From NCBI RefSeq assembly GCF_009914755.1, contig NC_060936.1: 64,000 nucleotides of DNA, one strand, 5' to 3'. A program made the position numbers and the translations under genes. The first letter of the stretch is position 1; each line of letters opens with the position of its first letter. Positions 39,311-52,084 of this stretch are shown in pieces. The notes under the pieces are model-generated. The model saw nothing but the letters and a program-made list of their open reading frames with translations. It was not told the DNA's origin and made no database searches. Origin of the DNA: the human T2T-CHM13v2.0 reference genome, Homo sapiens.

Positions 39311-41889
39311 TCCCATATGGCCATCTCTCTGACGAGTCCATTCCCTGGGGAGGACTGTCCTGGGATAGTCCTGTAGTAAATGAAGAAATCAGCTTCTTCG
39401 CCCTGGGGAGTAGCTTAGATCCAGGGAGAACCTGGTTTAGTTGAATATCGAGGGTGAGTTGGGTGACAGGTACCAGGCAGGTGACATTGAAGTTTGGGTT
39501 TTCTTCTCATCCTGTCACCCTTCTCACAGTCTGATGAGTTAGGAGACCGCTCCCCACCAAGTTTCCAGCGACTCTTGTACTGTTCTCCAACCTTATAGGC
39601 AAGAGCAGAAAGTGCTGCTCTGTGGGTCTTGGGCTTTTGTACCTGAGTCTGCTGGTGGCATGACATCTCGCCAGTTCTGCAGGGAGTAAGGGTGGGTTTC
39701 TAGTCCTGCTTTCTCCTAGGGGTCTCGGAGGAAGCATGTGGGCAGTTCTCTGCTCTTTTTCCTTCGTGCACCTTGGGGTTTCAACCTGGTTTTCTCTTCC
39801 AGGTCCTACCCCATTTCCTCCCAAGTGGAGGATGCTGCTCTACTTCCTGCTGGGATTTATAGACCATACTATGGGTTTCTTGGAACCTCTTCTTTCCAGG
39901 ACTGTGAAATCTGGTTCCCATGGAGTGTCCCAGCCCCCGACGAGCCATCCTCTGCTTGATGGCTGCTGTCTCTGCAGCATCCAAGAACAACAGTGGCTGC
40001 TTGTCCTATTACAAACTCAACTGACTGAAACCTGCTGAGACACTGTGGGAATAAATTATCCCCAACAAGCTCTCTTGTGAAAAGCCAGGCCTGTCTCCTG
40101 CACCTCCTGCCCCCTCTTCGCTGGCATCTCAGCAGGGTTCCCAGAGGCAGCCTGCTGCCTGTCCTGTTCTCACACCCTTTCTACCTACTGTGATGGTTTC
40201 TTTCTAACCACAAGTGTGATAGGTCAAGAGACTTTGGGCGGGAGGGGTGGGGGGGCGGCGGGGAGGCGACTTGTGCAGCAGGTGCCCAGAGGTGGTGAGG
40301 GTCTGATTCATTCCTTCTGTTTCTTTTTGTGTTCATCAGAGAAAGAGACCTCAGAGGAGGAGGATCTTAGATGGTTCTGCAGGACAAGCAGGCCCTTCCC
40401 CCCAGGCAGAGGTGTGGCCTGAGCAAAGCCATGTTTGTGGGATGACAAACTTCCCTCCCTGTATTGTGGAGTAAGATGTTCACAATGGGGCTCCCTGGGA
40501 GATAAACCTGGGGTCAGCTCATGGAAGACCTTGAGTGCAGGGCAGAGGATTTGGGCTCCACTCATGGGCAGTGGGTGCCAGTGAAGCTCCTGAGCATGGA
40601 CATGGCATGGTGAAAAGCAATTGCAGGAAGAATGATTGAGGGGGTGGCAGAGGAGAGAGGTGCAGGGATGGCTTTGACAGTGTAGGGGTCTCCAGGGCTG
40701 GTTCGTCTGCAGGTGCAGCTTGCTCAGTCTCGGGCTGAGTCCACAGGCTCTGGGGGTTCAAGAAGGGAGAGCCTTGGCGAGATTCATTTTGTGTCTGAGT
40801 CCTGTGGGTCTAAGACATGTCCTTTCCATCCAGGGATATATTCTGGGGCCCAGAATCACCTTGGTGTCCTCTCCTTTGAGATGGGGAAAGAGAGGGCAGG
40901 CCCTAAATTACTGTGGGGAGGGAGACCTCAGTGAATGTCTCTGGCCTGGGTCATGTAGCTTGCTGTCTTCTGGCAGCAATGAAGAGTGGTCGTGGGAGCC
41001 TTGACTAACCCTGTTTTGAGCTGCTGCTTGGCATTTGAGACCACAATGTCAGGCAATCTTGTGGACACCATTTCTTATCTTCCCTCCTCCTCCTCCCACC
41101 AAGGCTGCAGGGAGCTTGGGGTAACTCTAGAACCCAAGCAGCGCTGAATAACATCATTCCTTGACCCACTCCCCTGCCCTCAAGTGCCGGCTCCCAAGAT
41201 CTTCTCCCAAGCCATGAGAATGGTGGGTTGACCTGGGGCCAGACTTCCCTTGGTTACTTCCAGCAGAGATTTATTGAAATCTCAATGCACAATGCGAATG
41301 TATTCATGGTCTCAGTGGACCAAGAGTGCCCAGAGGGCAGCCAGACTACATTGCCCCCCACTGTCTCTTGTCCTTAAGGTGGGATCCTGAGATGAGATGG
41401 CTGATACCCCAGTGATGGTGCCTCTAGGCAGCCCAACACCTGTGGAGCTAGAGGTTGGGCTGATTTAATTAGAAATAGAGTGTGGGTCTGAGCCCCCAGC
41501 CAGTATCCAGAAAGAAGGAATTTTACATGAATGTCCACTCTGTACTGAGCATGGTGCTTATTTAGCCTATTAGTTTGCTGCTATCATTTTCATTTTGTAT
41601 GTGAGGAATGAAGGCATAGAGAAGTTAAGTCACTTTCCTGAGTTTGCAGAGCCAGGACAGGTATTTCGCCTCACTGGAGTCCACCGCCTTCATAGCCCAA
41701 GTTCCTTCTTGCTCTTCTTTGACAGAGCTTTTCACAGCCTGCAGCATTTTCTCTTTGCCGTAACTCAGTACCCTGCTACCACTCCCAGGATCCTGGTGAT
41801 GCTCTAGAACTTTATTCATCATATACTAAATGGTACTTTAGAGGAAAGTTCTCAAGGACAGATTTCCAATCCCTGGTCTCCTCCCTCCC

Positions 41890-42600
41890 TCCATCCCTCC
41901 TTCTACAGGTATTTACTGAGCCCTTACCATGTGCCTGGCACAGTGCATCACCGTAGGGGTGCATGAGGAGCAAGTCAGGATCTCTCCTGTCACAGAGCTC
42001 ACGTTTAGCAGGGAAGACAGACAATGATAAATAAACACTTGAAGTAGTAACAGACTGTCACAAGAAACGGAAAGGAAGCAAGGAAAACTTGAAGGATAAG
42101 CATGAGCCAGCCATGTGACTACCTAAGGAAGATCATTCTGGAAAAAGGGAACACCAAAGGCAAAACAGAGTGATGGGCCTCGGACCCAGCAGAGGCCTGT
42201 GAGTGGGAACCCAGCACGGGGGTGGCGAGGAAGGCAGAGGCCAGGTCTTGTCGGCCGTGGGAAGGACTCTGTTCCACATGTGAGCAAAAACCACTGGAGA
42301 AATTTGAACAAGGACCATCCTGGCTGCTCTGTGGGGAATGGGTTTGGAGGAGCCAGAAGGGCTGCTGGGAAAACAGAAAATGATAGCAGTGTAGCAGTGG
42401 AGGTGGGGAGAGATGGATGGACTGGAGATGGGAGTTGGAGGCAGAGCTGGCAGGCCTCACTGATGGATGAAAGAGTCACTTGGTTCTCTGTAGCTTGAGC
42501 AGGAAGATTTCTGCTGAGAACCTAGTACGCGTGAGATGCCTGTGAGGCATCCAGGCAGAGATAACAAGGGGGCACGTGGGTGCAGGAGGCTGGAGCTCCC
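41890..42600 (-). mobile_element. L2 remnant
   Basis: tatttactgagccct-accatgtgcctggcacagtgc...ggaccatcctggctgctctgtggggaatgg...gagatgcctgtgaggcatcca; a second L2 piece at ~43010-43660. Confidence 0.7.
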
Positions 42601-45600
42601 AGGCAGGGCTGCCCACTCCGCTCGACGGGAGTCAGATGGGGGTGGCCCCTCAGGGCATTTTACCATCCTGTGCGGTGCTGGACATAGTTTTTGGCATAGT
42701 TTGTGCTTAATAAGTGACTATGGAAAGAGCAAGATGATGGCGTGAATGAGTTACCCGGACAAAGCTCATTAGCAGTCCCTGTTGTCACATGCCTTGGGGT
42801 GGGGATGCAGGTTTGTTCCCAGTGGATGTAACACCATTTCTGTGCCAGTGAAGAATTTGGATGTACTTGGTATTTGTAGGGATGGGGCTTGACCCTTGTG
42901 GTTCTTGACAGCAGAAGTGGAAACTTTTCCCCAGGGAACCAGCTGGGGCTACACAGAACAGGGCGAACCCTCATAGTCCCGTGCTGCTGGGAGCTGGCCT
43001 TCTGTGAAAACATAGTTCAGCTCAGAAAATATCTCTCGGGATCCTACTCTACGCGAGGCACCGTAGGAGATGCAAAATGAGCAAGATCCAGGCCTGCTTT
43101 CAAAGAGTTCGCTGGGGCAAGTCCAACAGCAGTGAATATCTGCAGGGCAAAATGTGTTCAGTGAGGGAAGTCAGGTGCTCCTGGAATACAGAGGTGGAGG
43201 GGCAGGGAGGGCGCAGGCCATGGGCCCTTCATGGAAATGATAGGCACTGCTGAGTGGTGGAGGGTGGAGGGAAGGGCGTGGCTGGTGGAGGACTCCCAGA
43301 GTAGAGGCATCAGCCCCAAAGACAGGGGGTGTGTTCCCAGAGGGATGAGGACCCTAGATTGCAGGTATAGTTGCAAAAGAATATGGAAATGATGAGCCTC
43401 TAGAGGCCTTGAAGGAACGCCATGATCAGCCATATCCCTTGGGTTGTAGGAGCCCTCTCGGGTCTGGAAGGTGTGATGTGCTCTGGGCAGAGTGATTGGA
43501 TTGTGGTGACAGAGAGGAGGTGGGGTGACCAACCCGAACTCCTACCCTGTGTTCTGGCCAAAGGGATGAGACTGGGAACCAGGTCGGGAGAGTGGAAAGG
43601 AAGAGGTGGCTGCAGGAGATTTGCGGGGATGTGGCCTAAGGATTAGCAGGTGGATGAAATGTGGAGGGTAATAGTGGTGATGGTGATAGTTAACTTGTAT
43701 GAGTACTGACTCCGCATTAGGCTGTGTTCTTGTTCTAAGAGCTTTAGAAGTTTTGTCCTATTTAATATTCACAACAGCTTAATATGGTAAGTACCGTATG
43801 CATTTTTGGAGGAGATAGCATTATTATCCCCATTTTACAGATGAAGATTTGGAGTCACTGAGGTCAGCTCACCCAGAGTTATATCTGGCAAGGGGTAGAG
43901 CTGGGATTCAGAACCTAGGCGCTGGCTCGAGCCTACGCTCTCAACCATGGGCCCCAGGTCCAAGCTGTGACTCCCGGCTGGAAGAATAGATGGAGAACTG
44001 CGTCTCCAAAGTAGGGGACACAGGCGGAGAAGCATGTTCAAAAGACTAGGACAGACACTTTGCCTCCGAAGATGTGACTCGGGGCATGCATGACACACAG
44101 GAAGTGGGCCTACTGCTTTTCAGTGCAAGCAGGGAGTTTCGGGCATTTTGCGATTTGAGAAGCAACGTGGGCACCCTGTTCAGGAAACCTTGGTTTTCAC
44201 CCTCATGACGAACTGGGAAAAGAAGCCCTGAGGGGTACCTGCACCTGGTGCAAGAGCAAGACCCTGACCCGTCCTGCATGTCCAGTGTCCACAGACTGAG
44301 GACACTGGGCTTTGTGTGACTGTGAGGGCACCTGACGCAGCCTTGCCCTTCCCCCAAGGATGCTCTGGCCTGGGTGGCACTGGCTAAGCATCCCCATTTC
44401 AGGGACTTGGTGACCCGCTTTTTGCGGAAGGGGCAGAGTCTGCAGGATTACATCGTTGGAGGTTTGCTTTTGCAACAGAGGTCAGAGTTTCCTGAACTGA
44501 AGCCAGACTCTAGCTCCCTTGAGCAGCTGGTGCCAGAAACCTTAAGGTTCTAGCTCCAAGTAAAATCTGGTTCTTTTTCTCTTGAATAATTTCTACTTCC
44601 AGAGATGCAAAGCCGCCACGTGGATGGCAGTGGCACTGCTCCCTGTTTGTTTGTGGGTGTCTGTTTTGTGGGTGCCTGGAGGCAGCACCCTAAATCCCTC
44701 CACTTGCAGTGTTATTTCTTTTGGCTCCCGTGCCAGCCTGTATCTCAAAAGTCACTCTTTTGAGAGCTGAAGGGAACGCAGAGCCACAAAGTGCAGGCAT
44801 CTGCATTCTGCCGTGCCCTCCTCGGCTCTCTCTGGCTGCTGCTCTTTTTTTTTTTTTCTGTTGAATAAGCAAAAGCAAGAGCAAATGTATTCCTCGGATC
44901 TCATATGAAAATGTGTAGTAATCGTTTCTTTTTGCTATTTTCAATATATTTCTGTTCTGTTCATTGAACTTTGTTCTCGGTGCCTCTTGCCAGCTCACTA
45001 TTTATCACATAGGTCATCCCTCCACCCTGCCGTTTGCCCTTTATGAAATGGCATCTTTCCCCCTCCAGGTCTTGGTGGTGGGAATGCTTATCCTTACCGT
45101 GTAGGGGTGGGAGGAGCGGAGGGAGGGCCTGCTGGGATCTGACTTAAGAGCCTCCCCCAGCCTGTAATTGGTCAGAGGCCGCGCACAGCTCCGCTCGTTC
45201 CAGGTGAGTAAAGCGCCTGGACTCAGACGTAATTGATTCTGACTGATATCCAGGTTGGGGTGTAATTAGCAGTCTTGATTTAATGGCATTGTGGCCTGAG
45301 ACTGCCATCTCCTCCCTTGTATTTAAATGGCCATTTCCCTCGGCAGGCAGGAAATTGGCATCAGACCTCGATGGTGGGACCCTGAGTAAGTCGCATCTCC
45401 GAGCCTCGGTTTCCTTAACCAGGGCCTTTGACCATGATGTCGTCTCACAAGGGGGCGAGCAGTAAATGGCAGCACGTCTCAGGCCCAGCTCACGTGACAC
45501 TTGGACATCACTTCCTGCCACTCTTAGGGAGGCAGATGTGCTGGGTTCCAGCCTCCTGGCTCTGTGGGCAAGTCACTTAGCCTCGGAGGCCTCTGCCTGC

Positions 45601-48600
45601 TCACCTGTGAAATGGACTCATAGCAGTTGCCTTACCTGTCTCATACAGCCAGGGAGAGGACTAAGCAGAAGCACAGTCATAGGTTCTTAGGGCTGGAGAG
45701 GGCTTTGGATATTATTAGTTTCAACCTTTTGTTTTATAGGTGGGAAAACCAAGGCTCAGAGGAGTGAGTGACACCCAGGATGACCTGGCCCGTTGGCAGC
45801 ACATAGTCAGTGAGCCGTGTTGTTTGGGCTTCATGACATCGCTTCGTCTAAAGGCTTACCTGTCTGTCAGCTCATAAGCATATGCGGAGAGGCGCACCTC
45901 TCCACGTGTGGCGGTGGACGGGCAGATGGCCCTTCTCCTCCATATGCTCTGGCCTGTATGAGCAGGAGGGTCTGAAGGAGGTGGTGTAGCAACGCACCGG
46001 CCTGGGGAGGCGCTCCTGTTGCTGAGCTGAAAACTTCTTTGCTTCAGCATTCCCACTTCCCTCCTTCACTCGGGCTCCCACAATCCATATATGTCTGTTT
46101 ATGAAAACCAGGGCCTCTCTGTGCCCAGCATTGTGCTTGATACTAGGGAATTGTGCAGAGAGGTCTGAAGGGAGGCAGGACAGGCACCCGGCAAAGTCAG
46201 TACTAACAAGGCAGGAGAACGTTCTGGGGCCGATGACGGCCAGTCGAGCCACTGCAGAGTGTTGGGGGGTGAGGGAGGATTGTGAGCCTGGAGGAAGAGG
46301 TGGGGCTTCAGCTGGGCCTTGATGGCTCTGGATTGGACCGAGAACAGTGCAAAGGGAAGAGGAAGGCTTTTTAGGTAGAGGGACATGCCGTGAGCGGGTC
46401 TGGAGGTGGAGGTGTGGAAGGTGCATTTTGTGAACCGGGTTTACAATGAAGAGCAAGGAGGCTCTGTGAGAGGAGCATTTTTATTTGCAGAGTTTTTATC
46501 AGGTAGTGATTGGGCAGGCAAGTGTCTCAGTGATTTAGGTCACCCAGCAGAGCACTTGGGACCGTTACTTTGGCTCAGAGCATTGCTGAGAGCCTGACTG
46601 TACCTGTCGCTGTGACACTTGGCTCACCCGCCTCGAGGATGTAATGGGGCCAGAGGGAGGCAGGTGACCTCCCAATCCTCCCCCTGTCTGAGAGGCCTGG
46701 GTCGAATGGGGCACAGGGGACCCGGGGAAGGGGGTGGGGACCCAGTCTTGCTTTGGATTTGCCTCGGCCCCTTCTGGGTCACAGAACAGCTTCCCGCCCG
46801 CCAGCCCGCCTCAACCCACCTCCTCTGGAGCTGGCTTTCCGCTTATCTTAATTTATTGATGAAAACTTGTTTTACGGTCCAGAGCACAGACGGCAGCAGC
46901 TCCCTGCCAAAAGAAAGCACGCCTGCAAATCGGGAAAACAAGCCGCCTCCCGGAGATGGGTGGCTGGGGACCGGCAGGACGGCAGAGGGAGTAGAGCCCA
47001 TCTGGGCAGACGCTGCTGCAGGCCTGGGTGGACAGGGCTCGGAGAGGCCCAGGAGCAGCCTCTGTGTGCCGGCTGGGGCCGGGGCAGTGCGGGCAGTGGC
47101 AGGACCTCCCTGCCTCTCTCCACCACAGGCTCCCGACTCACGGCTGGCCTCCGTAACCTAGGGAAGGATGGCTGCAGGCTATAAATACTCATAATGGCTT
47201 TCATTTATAGTTGTGTGCAAGGCGCCATGCTAGGAAGTTTATTTTCATGAACCTCATTTAATCCTGACGACGACTCTATGTGGTAGGTACCATTAATTCC
47301 CATTTAAAACATGAGCACCAGAGAAAAAGTCGTTTTCTGCGGTCCTGCTGGCTGGTAAACGAGGGAACCTGGAACTTTAACCGGGTCTACCTGGACCCAA
47401 GGCCAGAGTCAGCCACGGCTGTCTCTAACCCACACACTCCAGCTCTGGCCATTGTCCTATCTCACACTGCAGCCACCTCTCCAGCCTGGTGGTGTTGGTC
47501 CAGCTGGCCCGGCTATTCCCAGGGTAGGACCCTGTCTCACGATCTTGTGTGTGGTAGAAGCCAGCGCAGTGCTGGGCTCAGGGCAGATGTGTGCAAGGTA
47601 CCTGCTGAGTAACTAACTGGCTGGAGGATCCCATGGGCAGGTTACTCTTTTCCAAAAAGCAGAAATCCTTTCAGTGGCTTCTATGCTTTCCTCTGAAACT
47701 CCGCATCCTTGTGGGTCAAATAAGGAAATTCTCAACATTCTTGCTCACTACATCAGTGAGTTACAGGCACCGCGTGGAAAAGGGTCCAACTCCAAGGGCT
47801 CCAGTGTTTTCACCTGTAAAATGGGCTCCACTCAAGATCGTCATCACCGTTTGCAGAGACACGGTACATGAAAGCGCCCTCTGGAAAACAAATGGCAAAG
47901 CATTGTTATTATTTCCATGAGCTCCTGTTTTGTGGAGATACAGGTGCAAAAAGGTCCACTGAGCTGCAAATTTGTTTATTTTGTTCCTCCTTGCTTCCTC
48001 TTGGAGAGTGGTGGAGCCAACAGCTTTCACAGCTCTGGCAGAATCAGCAAAGCAGGTAGTCGCCCTCGGCTGGACTGAGCGTCTGTCCGCTGCCCCTGCC
48101 TGCTGTGGCCGTGCGCCCCCTCCTTTCCCCACGCCACCACCTGGGCTGTGTGTCTGGGTCCCTCCACTTCTTGGCATGCCTGTGTCACCTCCCCCAACTC
48201 AGGTTGGGCTAGAAATTTGTCGAACATGTTTGATAAAATGGAATCTTAGATCTTTCTCAGGTCTGTAGGAGGCAGGTAGAGGTTATAATCACAAGGGTCA
48301 TAGCAAATTGGGTTAAAATCCCAGCTCTGTCAGCTCCATGTGTGAGCTTAGACAGGATACTCAACCTCCTTGATCCTTTGTAAAGTCAGAGAAAATGATA
48401 GTGACTGCCCTGTATGGCATTTGTGGAAAGGGTGGGACTCAGTTCTTGGTGTGTGATACGGGCTCGGTTAATGCCAGCTTTCTCCTCTGCTTGGCTGCCT
48501 CCATCCCCACTAGTGTCTTCACCAACACTACTTTTTCATCCCGTCCTCCTCGGCTACAAGGAGCACTCCAGGCCCAGAGGCTTGTGTCTGCACACTCTAT

Positions 48601-50610
48601 CACAGCTAGCCTTCCTTTCTCAGAGTAGGGACGTGTCTGGGTGACACTCTTTCTGGCTTTCATGGGAAAGAGCCAGGCAGATGACCCAGATCCCAGCAGC
48701 AGGAGGTGGTGGGTAAGAATGTGGTTTTTGGAGTCAGATGTCCTGGGTTTCTTCACTGAACCTCGCTATGCTTGTGTTCTGTCATCTGCAAAATGGGGAG
48801 GACAAAGATGCCACTGGGTTGGGAGAATTAAATGAGGCTATAGAGGCAAAGCACTCAGACTAGCACTGGTGCACGATCGGCACTCGTCCACAGCCACAGA
48901 ACATGAGGAGGAAGGGCAGGGAAGGCGGGCCGTGGGCACTGGGAGCAGGTGCAGCTGTACCACGAAGAGCTCCGTGACCTGGGACACGTTTGTCTGGGGA
49001 AACTGTGGACAGGCCAGCAGCTTTCAACGGAGTAACCTGAATTGCCATGCACATGTTGCAAACAGGATGGGTCACAGTCTCCTGTGTGACCAGGAGAGCC
49101 CTGAAGTGGGCACAGTCTGGCACGGGGCAGGGAGGGATCTCAGGTTGTCACTTAAGTTGGTGCTGAGACCATCTCTGGCAGAGAGACCTGCGCTGAGCCA
49201 TCCCGTGTCCCCCATGAAGCATGTCAGAAATGCCAAAATGCTGGCGTGGGTGGACGCGGCTCCCGGCTGGCAGTATAAATAATCAGGCTGTGGGCACAGG
49301 ATCCCCAGGGAGAAGATGCTCCACATGTGGGCCCTGTCAAAGGGCTAGAGCTAGAGAGTGTGTGGGTGGCTGTGTTGGGGCCAGAGGTGGACCTGGTTGT
49401 CAGGCAGTCTTTCCTGATACCTATTTGTGTAATTATGGTGTTACTTGCTGAGCTAGAGCCATGGAAGATCACCCTCATTACATTATTGAAAGGGCCTCCG
49501 ACCTGCCATGGGTGGAGCCGAGGCAGCTCTGCCGAACGAGAGGCACCCAGTCATGAAGTCTTCACTGTGTGACTTTTCTTCACCTCTGGGGGCACCTCCT
49601 TTCCCAAAACAGGGAGAATGGAGCCCCCAGCCCCTTCGCCATCCTGAAGAATGAGTTACAGTCTCCTAGACGATTGGAGCTCTTTGCCAGAAGATGGTAT
49701 CCTTGTCCTGTTCTCCCTGCATTTTCCAAGGAGTTTGAGTAATAACACCTTGTACAGCATTTATATTCTGAGGAACACAAAGTGCTCGGCAGGCGGAACC
49801 CTGTTCATCCCCACGGTGTCCCTGAGTGCTGGGGAGGTGCTCTTCTCTCTCTGGTTTATCAGAGAAACATCTCAGAAAGGTTAAGTGGCTTGCCAGAGCT
49901 GCACTGCACCTCCTGCTCCCCTGGGCTCCAAGTCCTGAGGTCTGGGCTGCCCATGGTTCTGCCTTCTCTGGGAAGCCCAGGTAGCTGCCAGTTACATTGC
50001 CATCCTTGAAGGTTGGTTTCTTAAGCCCATCTTGCCTCTCACAGCAGCCCTGGCTTCACAATTACTGTGTGCTTTGATGCTGTCAGAAATGCCTTTCTCC
50101 CCAGAAGCACAAAACAAAACAAATGCAGGAAGGAAAAAATATGCTGGTGGTTGGAAAATCCTTTCTCAGACCCGTCTGACAAGCTATTCTGAGTTCTTGG
50201 TGCCTTCCCTTCCACTTTACAGTGACCTTGGGAGTTGAGACAGTGCCGTGTGCCGGGGCCTCAGGCTGCCTCCTCGTGGTTCCTCCCTGGGCAGCCGTGG
50301 CTCTGGGCATGCAGGTCATGAGAGCCACCTGACCATCCCCCACTCCTGCCCAACGTAGAGTGCCCACCCTGCACATCATGCAGTGTTACTGGGTGCGGGC
50401 GGCCTGAGGCTCCACGCTGCCTTCTGACCAGTGCTGACAAGTTCCAGAGTTTGGGGAAAAGGCATGTCGAAGGGTCCTCCTCACCCCCTACTCTCCCAGC
50501 AAAGGGCAGTCCCCTCCACCAGCTCAGGGAAGCGAAGCCTCCAGTGGAGGCCATGACTGGTTTGTCAGCCTCCCTCTTGGGAATTTCTTCCCCATGCCTA
50601 TTCCGTAGGT

Positions 50611-52084
50611 GCTGCAGCCTGCCCTCCGTGCATTCCTGCAGCCTACCCTCCGTGCGTTCCTGCAGCCTGCCCTCTGTGCGTTCCTGCAGCCTGCCCTCTC
50701 TGTGTTCCTGCAGCCTGCCCTCTGTGCATTCCTGCAGCCTGCCCTCTCTGTTCCTGCAGCCTGCCCCCTCTGTGTTCCTGCAGCCTGCCCTCTCTGTGTT
50801 CCTGCAGCCTGCCCTCTCTGTGTTCCTGCAGCCTGCCCTCTCTGTGTTCCTGCAGCCTGCCCTCTCTGTGTTTCTGCAGCCTGCCCTCCGTGCGTTCCTG
50901 CAGCCTGCCCTCCGTGCGTTCCTGCAGCCTGCCCTCTGTGCGTTCCTGCAGCCTGCCCTCTCTGTGTTCCTGCAGCCTGCCCTCTCTGTGTTCCTGCAGC
51001 CTGCCCTCTCTGTGTTCCTGCAGCCTGCCCTCTCTGTGTTCCTGCAGCCTGCCCTCCGTGCATTCCTGCAGCCTGCCCTCCCTGTGTTCCTGCAGCCTGC
51101 CCTCTGTGCGTTCCTGCAGCCTGCCCTCCGTGCGTTCCTGCAGCCTGCCCTCTCTGTGTTCCTGCAGCCTGCCCTCCGTGCGTTCCTGCAGCCTGCCCTC
51201 CCTGTGTTCCTGCAGCCTGCCCTCCGTGCGTTTCTGCAGCCTGCCCTCTCTGTGTTCCTGCAGCCTGCCCTCTCTGTGTTCCTGCAACCTGCCCTCCGTG
51301 CATTCCTGCAGCCTGCCCTCCGTGCATTCCTGCAGCCTGCCCTCTGTGCGTTCCTGCAGCCTGCCCTCTCTGTGTTCCTGCAGCCTGCCCTGTGTTCCTG
51401 CAGCCTGCCCTCTCTGTGTTCCTGCAGCCTGCCCTCTCTGTGTTCCTGCAGCCTGCCCTCCGTGCGTTCCTGCAGCCTGCCCTCTCTGTGTTCCTGCAGC
51501 CTGCCCTCCCTGTGTTCCTGCAGCCTGCCCTCCGTGCGTTCCTGCAGCCTGCCCTCCCTGTGTTCCTGCAGCCTGCCCTCCCTGTGTTCCTGCAGCCTGC
51601 CCTCTGTGCGTTCCTGCAGCTTGCCCTCTGTGCGTTCCTGCAGCCTGCCCTCTGTGTTTTTCCAGCCTGCCCTCTCTGTGTTCCTGCAGCCTGCCCTCTC
51701 TGTGTTCCTGCAGCCTGCCCTGTGTTCCTGCAGCCTGCCCTGTGTTCCTGCAGCCTGCCCTCTCTGTGTTCCTGCAGCCTGCCCTCCGTGCGTTCCTGCA
51801 GCCTGCCCTCCCTGTGTTCCTGCAGCCTGCCCTCCCTGTGTTCCTGCAGCCTGCCCTCCGTGCGTTCCTGCAGCCTGCCCTCCCTGTGTTCCTGCAGCCT
51901 GCCCTCCCTGTGTTCCTGCAGCCTGCCCTCTGTGCGTTCCTGCAGCCTGCCCTCTGTGTTTCTGCAGCCTGCCCTCTCTGTGTTCCTGCAGCCTGCCCTC
52001 CGTGCGTTCCTGCAGCCTGCCCTCTCTGTGTTCCTGCAGCCTGCCCTCTCTGTGTTCCTGCAGCCTGCCCTCTGTGTTCCTGCA
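50611..52084. repeat. Minisatellite/VNTR, 24-bp unit TTCCTGCAGCCTGCCCTC(TCTGTG/CGTGCG/TGTGCG/CGTGCA/CCTGTG), about 61-62 copies
   Basis: Directly visible; occasional 20- and 22-bp units; source of the five 410-591 aa repeat ORFs. Confidence 0.98.

Noticed and set aside
44861-44945. Weak inverted repeat ttgaataagcaaaa...ttttgctattttcaa
   Set aside because: Short, AT-rich and imperfect; plausible by chance
50611-52084. CRISPR-like array
   Set aside because: Head-to-tail repeats with no unique spacers and no cas genes, in a mammalian context
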